A DNA stretch of 64,000 bases from an uncultured Gemmatimonadales bacterium (lineage in GTDB: Bacteria > Gemmatimonadota > Gemmatimonadetes > Gemmatimonadales > GWC2-71-9): NCBI GenBank assembly GCA_963728915.1, contig CAVSLV010000001.1, positions 576,001 through 640,000 on the forward strand, written 5' to 3'. Positions within the stretch are counted from its first letter, which is position 1; every line of letters starts with the position of its first letter. The translations under genes were made by a program, and so were the position numbers. Below the pieces are notes generated by a model. It had not been told where the DNA came from, did not search any database, and saw only the letters and a program-made list of their open reading frames with translations. Below are positions 10,072 through 19,334 of this stretch, one piece after another.

Positions 10072-13000
10072 ACCGGCGCGGGTCGCCAGTCGGCGCCCAG
10101 GGGCTCCACTTTCTTGAAGAGCTCGATGCCGGCCGCCTCCACGCGCTGGCGATACTGCTCGACCCGTTGCAGCGCCTGGTTCAACGCGGGGAGCGCGGCA
10201 TCGAGCGCGCGCTCGCCCTGCTGGATCAGCGTCTGCTCGGTCCCGGTGGGCGCCGCCCCGGACGATGCGAGGTGTCCATAGGCCGCGCCCAACCGGGAAT
10301 TGACGGTTTCGTTCGACCCGCTGAAGCCCTGGGCCGTTTCGGGCCCGGTGAATCGCTCCTCCGCCTGCTTGAGCTGTTTCTTGAGGCTGTCACCCGACTG
10401 CCGCAGCCCCTTCATCACGACCGAGCTGTCTCCCTTGATCCGGTCGAGCACCGCATCGATGCCCGCGGTCGCCTTGTGGAGCCGGTCCACGGCTTCGAAG
10501 GAGATTTCCTGCTTCCGCATCACCCGCTCGAGCGCCTCGAGCTTGGCGACCCGGTCGGCCCGGGTGTAGGGAAGTCGCGGGTCGAGTGAAACGGTGACCG
10601 GACCGGAAACGGTATCGCTCTTCACGATGACCCGGATGGTGTACGACCCGGGAAGGGCGGCGGGGCCGCCGAATCCGAAGGGGCCGGCGGGCTGCTCGCT
10701 TGCGCCGGGCCGCCGCGGGCCATCCAGCGAGAGATCCCAGGCGGTCCGATTGATCCCGGGGTGCGCCGGGCCGGTGAAGGTGCGCACCGCGACGCCACCA
10801 GGATCCAGCACCTGGATCTTCGCCTTGGTGCTGTCGCCGCCTTCCTTTACGGCGTAGGTGAGCAGGGCCCCGTAGGGACGATTCTCCCCCTGAAAAATCC
10901 CCCAGCCGGTGAACCGGCTTCCGGGAGACTGGGCGACCTCGTATTGAAAGGCCGGCGGCACCGGGAAGAGATGCAGGGCCTCCCGCATGATCCCCGGGTT
11001 AGCCGCGATCGCCTCGAGCGGGCGGATGTCATCCAGAATCCAGGCGGCCCTCCCATGCGTCGCGATCACGAGGTCCCGCTCGCCGGGATGCACGACCAGG
11101 CCGCGCACCGGGACCCTGGGGAGGCCGGACCAGCGCTGCCAATGCTTCCCCGCGTCGAACGACAGGAACAGTCCAAACTCGCTGCCGAGATAGAGGAGAT
11201 CGCGGTTGCCGGGATCCTGCTCGATCGCATGAAGGAAGTAATCGAGGTCCGGGGTGACGAGGCTGGTCCAGGTTCGGCCGTAGTCGGTGGTCTTGACGAG
11301 ATAGGGCGCGAGGTCGCCTCGACGATGATTGTCGAAGACGACGAACGCCGTCGCGGCGTCGAATCGGGAAGGGCGGATTTCGGGAACCCAGGTGCCCGGG
11401 GGCACTCCCTTGATGTTGCCCACCACGTTGGTCCAGGTCTTCCCGCCGTCCCGGGTCAGCTGGACGTTGCCGTCGTCGGTCCCCACCCAGATGACGCCGC
11501 GCTCGATCGGGCTCGGCGCGATTGTCATGATGGTGGTGAAGGCCTCGGCGCCCGACGCATCCCGGGTGAGCCCGCCCGACGTGTCGGCCATCTGCTTCGT
11601 GACATCGTTGGTGGTGAGATCGGGACTGATCGCGGTCCAGGTGTCGCCGTGATCGGCGGTTCGGTGGAGAAACTGGCTTCCCAGATAGAGAGCGTGATCG
11701 AAGGGATCGACCGCCATCCCCGCGTTCCAGTTGAACCGCAGCGGGGTGCCTTCCGGCCCGGCGGGTTTGATGTCGCGACGCTCGCCGGTCCGTTTGTCGA
11801 ACCGGGTGATGTCGCCGTTCTGGGTGGAGGTGTACCCGTATCGGGGATCGGCGGGATCCACGAAGGTGGCCATGCCGTCGCCGAACCCGACCTCTTCCCA
11901 GTCGGAGGGACGGATGCCCCCGTTGTGCCAGCTCACCGCCGGTCCCATGAATGAGCCGTTGTCCTGGAGCCCGCCGTACACGTGGTACGGCGTCTCGGTA
12001 TCCACCGCGATGTGATAGAACTGGGCGAACGGCAGATTCTCGACGAAGCGCCAGGTGGCGCCGCCGTTCCGGGAGAGGTAGACCCCGCCGTCGTTCCCGT
12101 CGTAGAGATCCTTTCCGTCAGGACCCACCCAGAAGGCGTGGTGATCCACGTGCACTTCGGCGAAGCCCAGCAGGGTCGTGAAGGTCTTGCCACCGTCCAC
12201 ACTCTGATTCACCGGACTCTCCACGATCCAGACCCGGTTCTCGTTGGTCGGATCTACCCGCACCTGGCCGTAGTAGAACGGCCGGCCGTCGATGTTTCTG
12301 GTGCGGTTCGCGATGGTCCAGGTGTTGCCGCCGTCATCGGAGCGGAGCAGCGCGCTCTTGGTGGCCTCGACCAGCGCGTAGACCACGCCGGGCTTCCCGC
12401 GGGCAAAATCGAGCCCGGTCCGTCCCAGCTCCCCTTCGGGGAGGCCCTCCCGGGAGGAAAGGCGCTTCCAGGTTTCTCCTCCGTCGTAGCTGGTGTAGAT
12501 CCCGCTCCCGGGCCCGCCCGACTGGAAGTACCAGGGCCAGCGACGGTGTTCCCACATACCCGCGATCAGGTGGTTCGGGTTGAAGGGATCCATGACCAGA
12601 TCGCCGGCGCCGGTCCGCTCGTTGACATAGAGGACCTTGCGCCAGGTCCGCCCGCCGTCGGTGGACCTGTAGACCCCGCGGTCGGGACCGTCGATCCAGG
12701 TGTTGCCGAGGGCGCCGACGTACACCGTGTTAGGATCGCGAGGGTCGAGCAGGATGGCGTCGATCGCGCCGGTGGCTTCGAGCCCCATCCGGGTCCAGGT
12801 CCGGCCGGCGTCGAGGGAGCGATACACTCCGGTGCCCACGCCCGCCGAGTTGCGGCGATTGCGCTCCCCGGTGCCGATCCAGACCACGTCGGGATTGGGC
12901 TGATAGATCGCGATGGCGCCGATCGAGGCGGCGGGCAGGGAATCGGTGAGCGGCTTCCAGGTGAGTCCGCCGTCCGACGATTTCCAGAGGCCCCCGGTCG

Positions 13001-13205
13001 CCGCTCCGACATACACCGTGCGGGGATCCGCGTCCACCGCATCGATCGCGCCGACCCGGCCACTCATGCCGGTGGGGCCGATGTTTCGCGCCGACAGGCC
13101 TTTGAAATACGACAGGTCGACCTGGGCCGAGGCGACGATGGGGGTGAAACCGAGGAAGACCAGGCCAGAAACAAGGGAGGACACGGCCGGGAAGCGGGGG
13201 TTCAT
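10065..13205 (-). CDS. Secreted BNR/Asp-box (VPS10/sortilin-like) glycoside hydrolase-like beta-propeller protein
   Basis: Signal peptide, RNIGP..SGR, many SxDGGxTW Asp boxes, HVDHH, GGLQDNG and ATHGRA; C-terminal coiled region. Confidence 0.85.
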   Translation of the reverse strand: MNPRFPAVSSLVSGLVFLGFTPIVASAQVDLSYFKGLSARNIGPTGMSGRVGAIDAVDADPRTVYVGAATGGLWKSSDGGLTWKPLTDSLPAASIGAIAIYQPNPDVVWIGTGERNRRNSAGVGTGVYRSLDAGRTWTRMGLEATGAIDAILLDPRDPNTVYVGALGNTWIDGPDRGVYRSTDGGRTWRKVLYVNERTGAGDLVMDPFNPNHLIAGMWEHRRWPWYFQSGGPGSGIYTSYDGGETWKRLSSREGLPEGELGRTGLDFARGKPGVVYALVEATKSALLRSDDGGNTWTIANRTRNIDGRPFYYGQVRVDPTNENRVWIVESPVNQSVDGGKTFTTLLGFAEVHVDHHAFWVGPDGKDLYDGNDGGVYLSRNGGATWRFVENLPFAQFYHIAVDTETPYHVYGGLQDNGSFMGPAVSWHNGGIRPSDWEEVGFGDGMATFVDPADPRYGYTSTQNGDITRFDKRTGERRDIKPAGPEGTPLRFNWNAGMAVDPFDHALYLGSQFLHRTADHGDTWTAISPDLTTNDVTKQMADTSGGLTRDASGAEAFTTIMTIAPSPIERGVIWVGTDDGNVQLTRDGGKTWTNVVGNIKGVPPGTWVPEIRPSRFDAATAFVVFDNHRRGDLAPYLVKTTDYGRTWTSLVTPDLDYFLHAIEQDPGNRDLLYLGSEFGLFLSFDAGKHWQRWSGLPRVPVRGLVVHPGERDLVIATHGRAAWILDDIRPLEAIAANPGIMREALHLFPVPPAFQYEVAQSPGSRFTGWGIFQGENRPYGALLTYAVKEGGDSTKAKIQVLDPGGVAVRTFTGPAHPGINRTAWDLSLDGPRRPGASEQPAGPFGFGGPAALPGSYTIRVIVKSDTVSGPVTVSLDPRLPYTRADRVAKLEALERVMRKQEISFEAVDRLHKATAGIDAVLDRIKGDSSVVMKGLRQSGDSLKKQLKQAEERFTGPETAQGFSGSNETVNSRLGAAYGHLASSGAAPTGTEQTLIQQGERALDAALPALNQALQRVEQYRQRVEAAGIELFKKVEPLGADWRPAPVQ

Positions 13206-13289
13206 TCGGCACCTGTGGGTGGAAGCGGGACGAGCCAGCCGTGGCAATCTGGACGCATTGATCGCGAGAGGAAAGGGAAGCGTGGCTGG

Positions 13290-15713
13290 TCAGGCCCGAT
13301 CGATGACGGTGCGCACCCCGCGGGCCAGGGTGCTCCTGGTATAGGGTTTCTGGAGAATGGTCACATTCCTCGAAATGAGCTGGTGCTGCAGGATGACGTC
13401 ATCGGTGTAGCCGGTGGTGAAGAGGACCTTGATGTGGGGATGTTCCCTGCGGACCTGCTCCGCGAGGTCCCGGCCACCCATCCCGGGCAGGACGACATCG
13501 GTGAGAAGCAGGGCGACCGTGCCGGCGTGCTCCCGGAGTCGCTCGAACGCTTCAGTGGCGTCCCTGGCTTCGAGCACGGTGTATCCGAGTCCCTTGAGCA
13601 TGCGCACGCCGGCCCGCCGGACTCCCGGGTCATCCTCCACCATGAGAATCGTTTCGGATCCCCGCGGAATCTCCAGCTGCTGGGCGGTGTCAACCGGTGA
13701 GCTCGGCCCGCGAACCAGCGGCAAATAGACCCGGAACGTGGTGCCCAGGCCCACCTCGCTGTAGACCGCCAGGTGGCCCCCGGCCTTCTTGACGATGCCG
13801 AAGCAGGTCGCCAACCCCAGCCCCGTGCCTTTGCCGCGCTCCTTGGTGGTGAAGAAAGGCTCGAAAATGCGGTCTTTGACCTCGGGAGCAATGCCGGTGC
13901 CGGTATCACTGACCGAAACCAGAGCATACGCGCCGGGTGTCACTTCCGTTCGGTCGGCGGCATAACTCGGGTCCAGCTCCACTACCGACGTTTCGATCCG
14001 CAGGTGCCCACCCTTCGGCATCGCATCGCGGGCATTGACGGCCAGGTTGGTCAGGACCTGCTCGAACTGCCCGCGGTCGACCAGCACGGAGGCAGTTCCT
14101 CCAAGCCGGGTTTCCATCGAGATGTCCTCGCCGATGACGCGGCGGAGCAGCTTGGCCGTGCTGGTCACCGCGTCATTCATATCGAACACGACCGGCTGGA
14201 CCAGCTGCTTTCGGGAGAACGCGAGAAGCTGCCGGGTCAGGCTGGTGGCGTTTTCACTGGCGCGCTGAATGGCGTCGAAGGACTCGTGCACCGGCGACTC
14301 GGGTGGCAGATCGGGCCGGCCGAGCTCCACTTCCGCGAGGATCACCGTCAGCATGTTGTTGAAATCGTGGGCCACGCCGCCGGCGAGCCTCCCGACGGCT
14401 TCCATCTTCTGGGCCTGGACGAAGCGCTCCTCGGACTGACGAAGCTCGGTGACGTCTTCCGCAATACCGACGAATCGGCGAATGACACCATCGTCGTCGC
14501 GCACCGGGTAGGTCCGGCCCCGGAGCCAGCGGGTGGTACCGTCGGGACGAACGACGCGGAAGGTGTCGTCGCCGGGCGTGCCGTGCCGGACCCGTTCGAG
14601 GGACGCCCCGAGCCGCTCGCGATCGTCGGGGTGGAGCGAGTCGAACCAGGCCATGGGATTCGTGTAGACCTCCTCCAGTGGTCGGCCCCAGATTGCCGAC
14701 CAGGCCTGGCTCACGTAAATAGTCTGGCCGGTTTCGAGGTCGACCGAGAAGAACGCCTCCTGGATGTGGTCGGTGATCTCGCGCAACCGGGCCTCACTCT
14801 CGCCCAGGGCCTGCCGGGTCGTGGAGATTCGGCTGGCCGCATCGCGACGAACCCGGTCGGTGGTGCTGACCGAGCGGGCATAGAGCCAGATCACCAGGAG
14901 GAGCGCCAACAGCTCGGCGGTGGTGTGCAGGGTCAGTCCGAATTCGGTATCGTAGAATCCGAGCCGCTCTCCCTCGAGTCGGGCCAGCGAGAAGCCGACC
15001 GTGATGATGATGGCCAGGGGAACCGCCCAGCGGGCGAGCTCCCGTCCGGGACCCGGATCGACGAAGATGCCAAGCGCTCCCCGGGTTCCGCGAATTCCCA
15101 GGATGGCGTATCCGACCACCAGGATTGCGATGGCGGTGGCGATAGGGAGATCGGAGAATCCCAGCAAAGACCGCGGTGCGTGACTGCCGAAGATGGCCCC
15201 GATCAGGCTGAGTCCGCCGAGGAAGAACACGGGCAGCATCAGGAGCAGGTCGTTCCGGGGGTGGCCCTCCGCGCGGCGGCTCCGGAGCTGCGAGATCGCG
15301 AGGATCACCACGCTCGCGCCCGAATAGGCCGACATCCGGCCGGGCTGTTCGCCGGCGGCGAGCGGGCCGGGATCGGCCAGCAGCGCCTGATCGATGCCGA
15401 GGTTGACGTTGAGCAGATGCTCGACGAGGGTGGCGAGGCCCAGGGCGCCGCCCAGGATCGCCAGTCCAGTCGAGACCGGCCCCCGCCGCTCCCCGGCGGC
15501 GAGCCAGGTGGATGCGCCGATGAGGATCAAGCAAATCGCCGTGTTAACCTTCATGGCCGGATGGCCCAACCCGAGGGACTGCAACGACGGCAGCCGAGCC
15601 GCCCAACCAAGGAGGGCGGCGGCCCCGATCGCGATGGTTACCACCGAGCCGATGCGAACCTGTACCCTCAGCAGGCCAGGTTCTACGGGTGCCTCGGAAG
15701 GCGGCGAGGTCAT
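13290..15713 (-). CDS. Membrane-bound PAS hybrid sensor histidine kinase with receiver domain (CckA-like architecture)
   Basis: Several N-terminal TM segments; PAS_3 (HPDDR); [20 protein letters not shown]-box; [18 protein letters not shown]; receiver motifs VEDD and [12 protein letters not shown]. Confidence 0.92.
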   Translation of the reverse strand: MTSPPSEAPVEPGLLRVQVRIGSVVTIAIGAAALLGWAARLPSLQSLGLGHPAMKVNTAICLILIGASTWLAAGERRGPVSTGLAILGGALGLATLVEHLLNVNLGIDQALLADPGPLAAGEQPGRMSAYSGASVVILAISQLRSRRAEGHPRNDLLLMLPVFFLGGLSLIGAIFGSHAPRSLLGFSDLPIATAIAILVVGYAILGIRGTRGALGIFVDPGPGRELARWAVPLAIIITVGFSLARLEGERLGFYDTEFGLTLHTTAELLALLLVIWLYARSVSTTDRVRRDAASRISTTRQALGESEARLREITDHIQEAFFSVDLETGQTIYVSQAWSAIWGRPLEEVYTNPMAWFDSLHPDDRERLGASLERVRHGTPGDDTFRVVRPDGTTRWLRGRTYPVRDDDGVIRRFVGIAEDVTELRQSEERFVQAQKMEAVGRLAGGVAHDFNNMLTVILAEVELGRPDLPPESPVHESFDAIQRASENATSLTRQLLAFSRKQLVQPVVFDMNDAVTSTAKLLRRVIGEDISMETRLGGTASVLVDRGQFEQVLTNLAVNARDAMPKGGHLRIETSVVELDPSYAADRTEVTPGAYALVSVSDTGTGIAPEVKDRIFEPFFTTKERGKGTGLGLATCFGIVKKAGGHLAVYSEVGLGTTFRVYLPLVRGPSSPVDTAQQLEIPRGSETILMVEDDPGVRRAGVRMLKGLGYTVLEARDATEAFERLREHAGTVALLLTDVVLPGMGGRDLAEQVRREHPHIKVLFTTGYTDDVILQHQLISRNVTILQKPYTRSTLARGVRTVIDRA

Positions 15714-15897
15714 CAGTTATCGGGTGAAGGGTGCTTCAAAGTTAGCGCAAACCGCCCTTCTGTCGATAGCAATCGGCCAATGTTGACGATTCCCAACCCT
15801 GACTGTTTTCTGACCATCCATGCCGAACCATGAGAGCTGGAGTCGTACATTGGTCCGGGTGAGTCTCCCATGACGCTCCACCGGCGCCGGTGAGCCC

Positions 15898-17409
15898 ATG
15901 GCTCCTTCGCCGCTGTCCAGGGAACGGTTGATCGCCCAACCCGGGTTCAACCGCTGGCTGATTCCACCGGCGGCGCTGGCCATCCATCTGTCCATCGGGC
16001 AGGTGTACGCGTTCAGCGTTTTCAATCTGCCGCTCAGTCGAAGCCAGGGGATTACGACGCCGGCTCCGGGCGACTGGAGGCTCACCCAGCTCGGCTGGAT
16101 CTTCACCATTGCGATCGTGGTGCTGGGCCTGTCGGCGGCGGTGTTCGGCCGGTGGCTCGAGCGAGTGGGCCCGCGGGTCAGCGGACTCGCCGCGGCGTTC
16201 TGCTGGGGCGGGGGGTTCCTGATCGCCGCGCTCGGGGTCAAGCTGCACGCCCTCTGGCTGGTCCTGTTCGGGTACGGGGTGGTGGGAGGATGCGGCCTGG
16301 GTCTCGGCTACATCACGCCGGTCTCCACGCTCATCAAATGGTTTCCCGACCGGCGCGGCATGGCCACCGGGATGGCGATCATGGGCTTCGGCGGCGGGGC
16401 GATGATCGCGGCGCCCCTTTCCACCGCGTTGATGAAACGATTCGCCGGGCCCGCTTCGGTGGGGGTGGGGAACACGTTCCTGGTGCTGGGCGGGCTCTAC
16501 TTCCTTGCGATGGCGATGGGCGCGCTGGGGTTCCGGCTGCCGGCTCCCGGGTGGCGGCCAGCGGGGTACGCCCCCGCCGCCAGGCCCCGGGCGCTGGTGA
16601 GCGATCGCGACGTCTCCCCGGACGCGGCCATCCGGACGCCCCAGTTCTGGCTCCTCTGGGCGGTCCTCTGCCTCAACGTGACCGCCGGGATCGGCGTGTT
16701 AGGGCAGGCCAGCGCCATGATCCAGGAAGTGTTCCGGGGCCGGATCGACCCGTCGGCCGCCGCCGGGTTTGTGGGACTCCTCTCCCTGTTCAACATGGCC
16801 GGACGGTTCTTCTGGTCTTCGCTGTCCGACCGGATCGGGCGCAAGGCGACCTACGCCGCGTTCTTCGGGCTCGGGTCGATGCTCTACGCCTCGGTGCCGT
16901 TCCTCGGACAGTGGGGAAGCGTCGGGCTGTTCGTCGCCTGCTTCGCGGTGATCCTCACCATGTACGGAGGCGGGTTCGCGACCATCCCCGCCTATCTGTC
17001 CGACCTCTTCGGGACCCGGTACGTCGGCGCGATTCACGGCCGGCTGCTGACCGCCTGGTCCGCCGCGGGCGTCTTTGGCCCCGTGCTGGTGAACTACATC
17101 CGGCAGTACGAAATCGATTCCGGCGTCGCGACCGCCCAGGCCTACAATCACACCATGTGGATCATGGCCGGGCTCCTCGTGATCGGCTTGGGCTGCAACC
17201 TGGCGGTGCGGCCGGTCCACCCGCGCCACCACCTCGCCCCGGCGACGGATGGAGCGACCCCGCCCGGGGCGGCCCATTGGTCCGAAGGCCCGCCCCGGTC
17301 AGCCGGAGCGCGCGCCAGGCTCGCCGCGGCCTGGACCACGGTCGGCGTTCCGCTCGCGTGGGGAGTGATCGGCACGGTGCAGCGGGCGCTGGCGCTCTTC
17401 GGGCGCTAG
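15898..17409 (+). CDS. OFA-family (YhjX/oxalate:formate antiporter-like) MFS transporter
   Basis: IGQVYAFSVF, YITPVSTLIKWFPDRRGMATG, MYGGGFATIPAYL and IHGRLLTAWS; about 12 TM segments plus a C-terminal WxxVGVPLAWG helix. Confidence 0.9.
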   Translation: MAPSPLSRERLIAQPGFNRWLIPPAALAIHLSIGQVYAFSVFNLPLSRSQGITTPAPGDWRLTQLGWIFTIAIVVLGLSAAVFGRWLERVGPRVSGLAAAFCWGGGFLIAALGVKLHALWLVLFGYGVVGGCGLGLGYITPVSTLIKWFPDRRGMATGMAIMGFGGGAMIAAPLSTALMKRFAGPASVGVGNTFLVLGGLYFLAMAMGALGFRLPAPGWRPAGYAPAARPRALVSDRDVSPDAAIRTPQFWLLWAVLCLNVTAGIGVLGQASAMIQEVFRGRIDPSAAAGFVGLLSLFNMAGRFFWSSLSDRIGRKATYAAFFGLGSMLYASVPFLGQWGSVGLFVACFAVILTMYGGGFATIPAYLSDLFGTRYVGAIHGRLLTAWSAAGVFGPVLVNYIRQYEIDSGVATAQAYNHTMWIMAGLLVIGLGCNLAVRPVHPRHHLAPATDGATPPGAAHWSEGPPRSAGARARLAAAWTTVGVPLAWGVIGTVQRALALFGR

Positions 17410-18023
17410 AGCATCGCCTCGCTCGGGAACAGGCCGCACCCGTTCCGCTGGGCTTCGAGCAAGGCAAAAAATCCGGACGGCTGAATGATGACCCCCGGGA
17501 TGACCTGGGTCAGCACCTCGGGACGCACCTCTTCGGGCTTCTTTCCCATCCGCTTGGCATCCACCGACACCATGAAGCTGAACGCAAAGCCGCACGCCAG
17601 GACGATGCCCTCCTTGGCGAGGAAAGTCGCGATCTCGGCCCGATGCGGGTTAGCGGTGGCGGGTTTACCGGTCTTCTCGTCCTTGATCTTGCGCTTCTTG
17701 CCGAGCTGGTTCCGGGCCCAGAAATCGTCGCTCATGATCATGGGGATCGCCGCGTGACGGATGACCAGCAGACTGCTCACGTCCGACGGCGGCACCTTGA
17801 AGGTATCGATCACCTGCTCCTTCCAGATACCGGCGCGCCAGAGTGCATCGGATCCGCCGGGGCGCGGCCAATCGAACACGGCACGATGGTCGCCGCGAAG
17901 TCGGCTGGTCCAGGAGAGGTCCCAGTCGGAGCTCGGCATGGTGGGTAGCCGGAACGCCCCAGCCTTGCCCAGCAGGGAGGCGCCGAGCATGGCGCCAAGA
18001 AAATCGCGTCGGTCACTGGTCAC
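17406..18023 (-). CDS. Tat-signal protein with DsrE-like fold
   Basis: GTG start and DRRDFL twin-arginine motif; HRAVFD, VIRHAAIP, single Cys in LACGFA, and PSGFFALLEAQ tail typical of DsrE-like proteins. Confidence 0.6.
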   Translation of the reverse strand: MTSDRRDFLGAMLGASLLGKAGAFRLPTMPSSDWDLSWTSRLRGDHRAVFDWPRPGGSDALWRAGIWKEQVIDTFKVPPSDVSSLLVIRHAAIPMIMSDDFWARNQLGKKRKIKDEKTGKPATANPHRAEIATFLAKEGIVLACGFAFSFMVSVDAKRMGKKPEEVRPEVLTQVIPGVIIQPSGFFALLEAQRNGCGLFPSEAML

Positions 18024-18200
18024 AGATTGGATTCCTGGATGGGGTCAGCCAGCGCCCTGAACCTACGCCGGGCAGGGTCCCGGATCAAAGGGCGGTCGAG
18101 GGTACATTGAAGACGGCCACCATGAATGTACCCGCGAAAGCGGGCGGGAATCGGTCGTATTGTAACGTCCGTGCCGAACCCCGCGTATCAAAGAGAGACC

Positions 18201-19334
18201 ATGAATCCTGACGCGATAGCGAAGAGGTTCCTGACGCCCGCGGCGCTGCTGGCCGTCCTTTCTCTGCTGAGCTGCGCTCAGCCCGAGCCTCCACCCCGCC
18301 GGCCGGTCCCCGTTTCCGTGGACAGCGCGCGCCTTCAGCCGGTTCCCTATTTCATCCCGGCCAACGGGGTCGTCGAGCCGATCAACTCGGTCGCGATCGT
18401 TCCCCAGGTGAGCGGGGTCATCACCCGGGTGCTGTTCTCCGAAGGGGCCGAAGTGGGTCCGGGACAGCCGCTTCTCGAGATTGACCCGCGTCCCTACCAG
18501 GCAGCCCTCGATCAGGCCCTCGGCATCTTCGCCAAGGACTCCACCCTGGCCGCTTCGTCGCGGCGCGATGCCGACCGCTTCGGCGAGCTGGTTCGGAACG
18601 GCAACGTCTCGCCTCAGGAGGCCGATGCGGCAGAGGCCACGGCCGCCTCTCAGGCCGCCGCCGTCCAGGCCGATCGCGCCGCGGTCGAGGCCGCCCGCCT
18701 CAACCTGGACTACACCACCATCCGGGCTCCGATCCAGGGCCGAACCAGCAGCCTGGCGGTCCGGGTCGGAAACGTGGTGCGCCCCGGCACGAGCCCGGGC
18801 CCCGCGCCCCTGCTCACCATCAACCAGATCCATCCGATCCGGGTCCGCTTTGCCATTCCGGAGGACCAGCTGGATGCGGTGCAGGAATACTTCCACAAGG
18901 GCACCTTGCGAGTGGCCGCGCGCCCCGGAGACCAGGCCGACGACGACGTTCCCGAGGAGACCGGAACCGTCTCGCTGCTGGAGAATGCGGTGGACACCAC
19001 CACCGGAACGGTCGGGCTCAAGGCCGAGTTTCCTAACCCGAAGGGACGGCTCTGGCCGGGCGAATTCGTGACGGTTCGGCTGGAGCTCTATGTCGAGCCC
19101 AGGGCCCTCACCGTCGCACAACAGGCGGTCGAGACCGGCCAGAACGGCGCCTACGTGTTCGTGGTGGAGCCGGGAGACACGGTGTCCATGCAGTCGGTCA
19201 CGGCCGGCCGCACGGTGGCCGGGCGCACCGTGATCAGCGAGGGGTTGTCTCCCGGGGCGCGGGTAGTGACGGATGGTCAGCTCCGGCTCGAGCCCGGGAG
19301 CCGGATCGAAATCGTCACCCCGAAGGCCCAGTGA
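18201..19334 (+). CDS. RND efflux membrane fusion protein (MdtA-like)
   Basis: Lipobox LLSC, PQVSG, IDPRPYQA, IRAPIQG, NAVDTTTGT, LWPGEFV and VVTDGQ. Confidence 0.92.
   Translation: MNPDAIAKRFLTPAALLAVLSLLSCAQPEPPPRRPVPVSVDSARLQPVPYFIPANGVVEPINSVAIVPQVSGVITRVLFSEGAEVGPGQPLLEIDPRPYQAALDQALGIFAKDSTLAASSRRDADRFGELVRNGNVSPQEADAAEATAASQAAAVQADRAAVEAARLNLDYTTIRAPIQGRTSSLAVRVGNVVRPGTSPGPAPLLTINQIHPIRVRFAIPEDQLDAVQEYFHKGTLRVAARPGDQADDDVPEETGTVSLLENAVDTTTGTVGLKAEFPNPKGRLWPGEFVTVRLELYVEPRALTVAQQAVETGQNGAYVFVVEPGDTVSMQSVTAGRTVAGRTVISEGLSPGARVVTDGQLRLEPGSRIEIVTPKAQ

Noticed and set aside
15716..15780. Possible c-di-GMP riboswitch (GCAAACC seen)
   Set aside because: The GAAA-capped P2 and the second GCAAAG element are missing.
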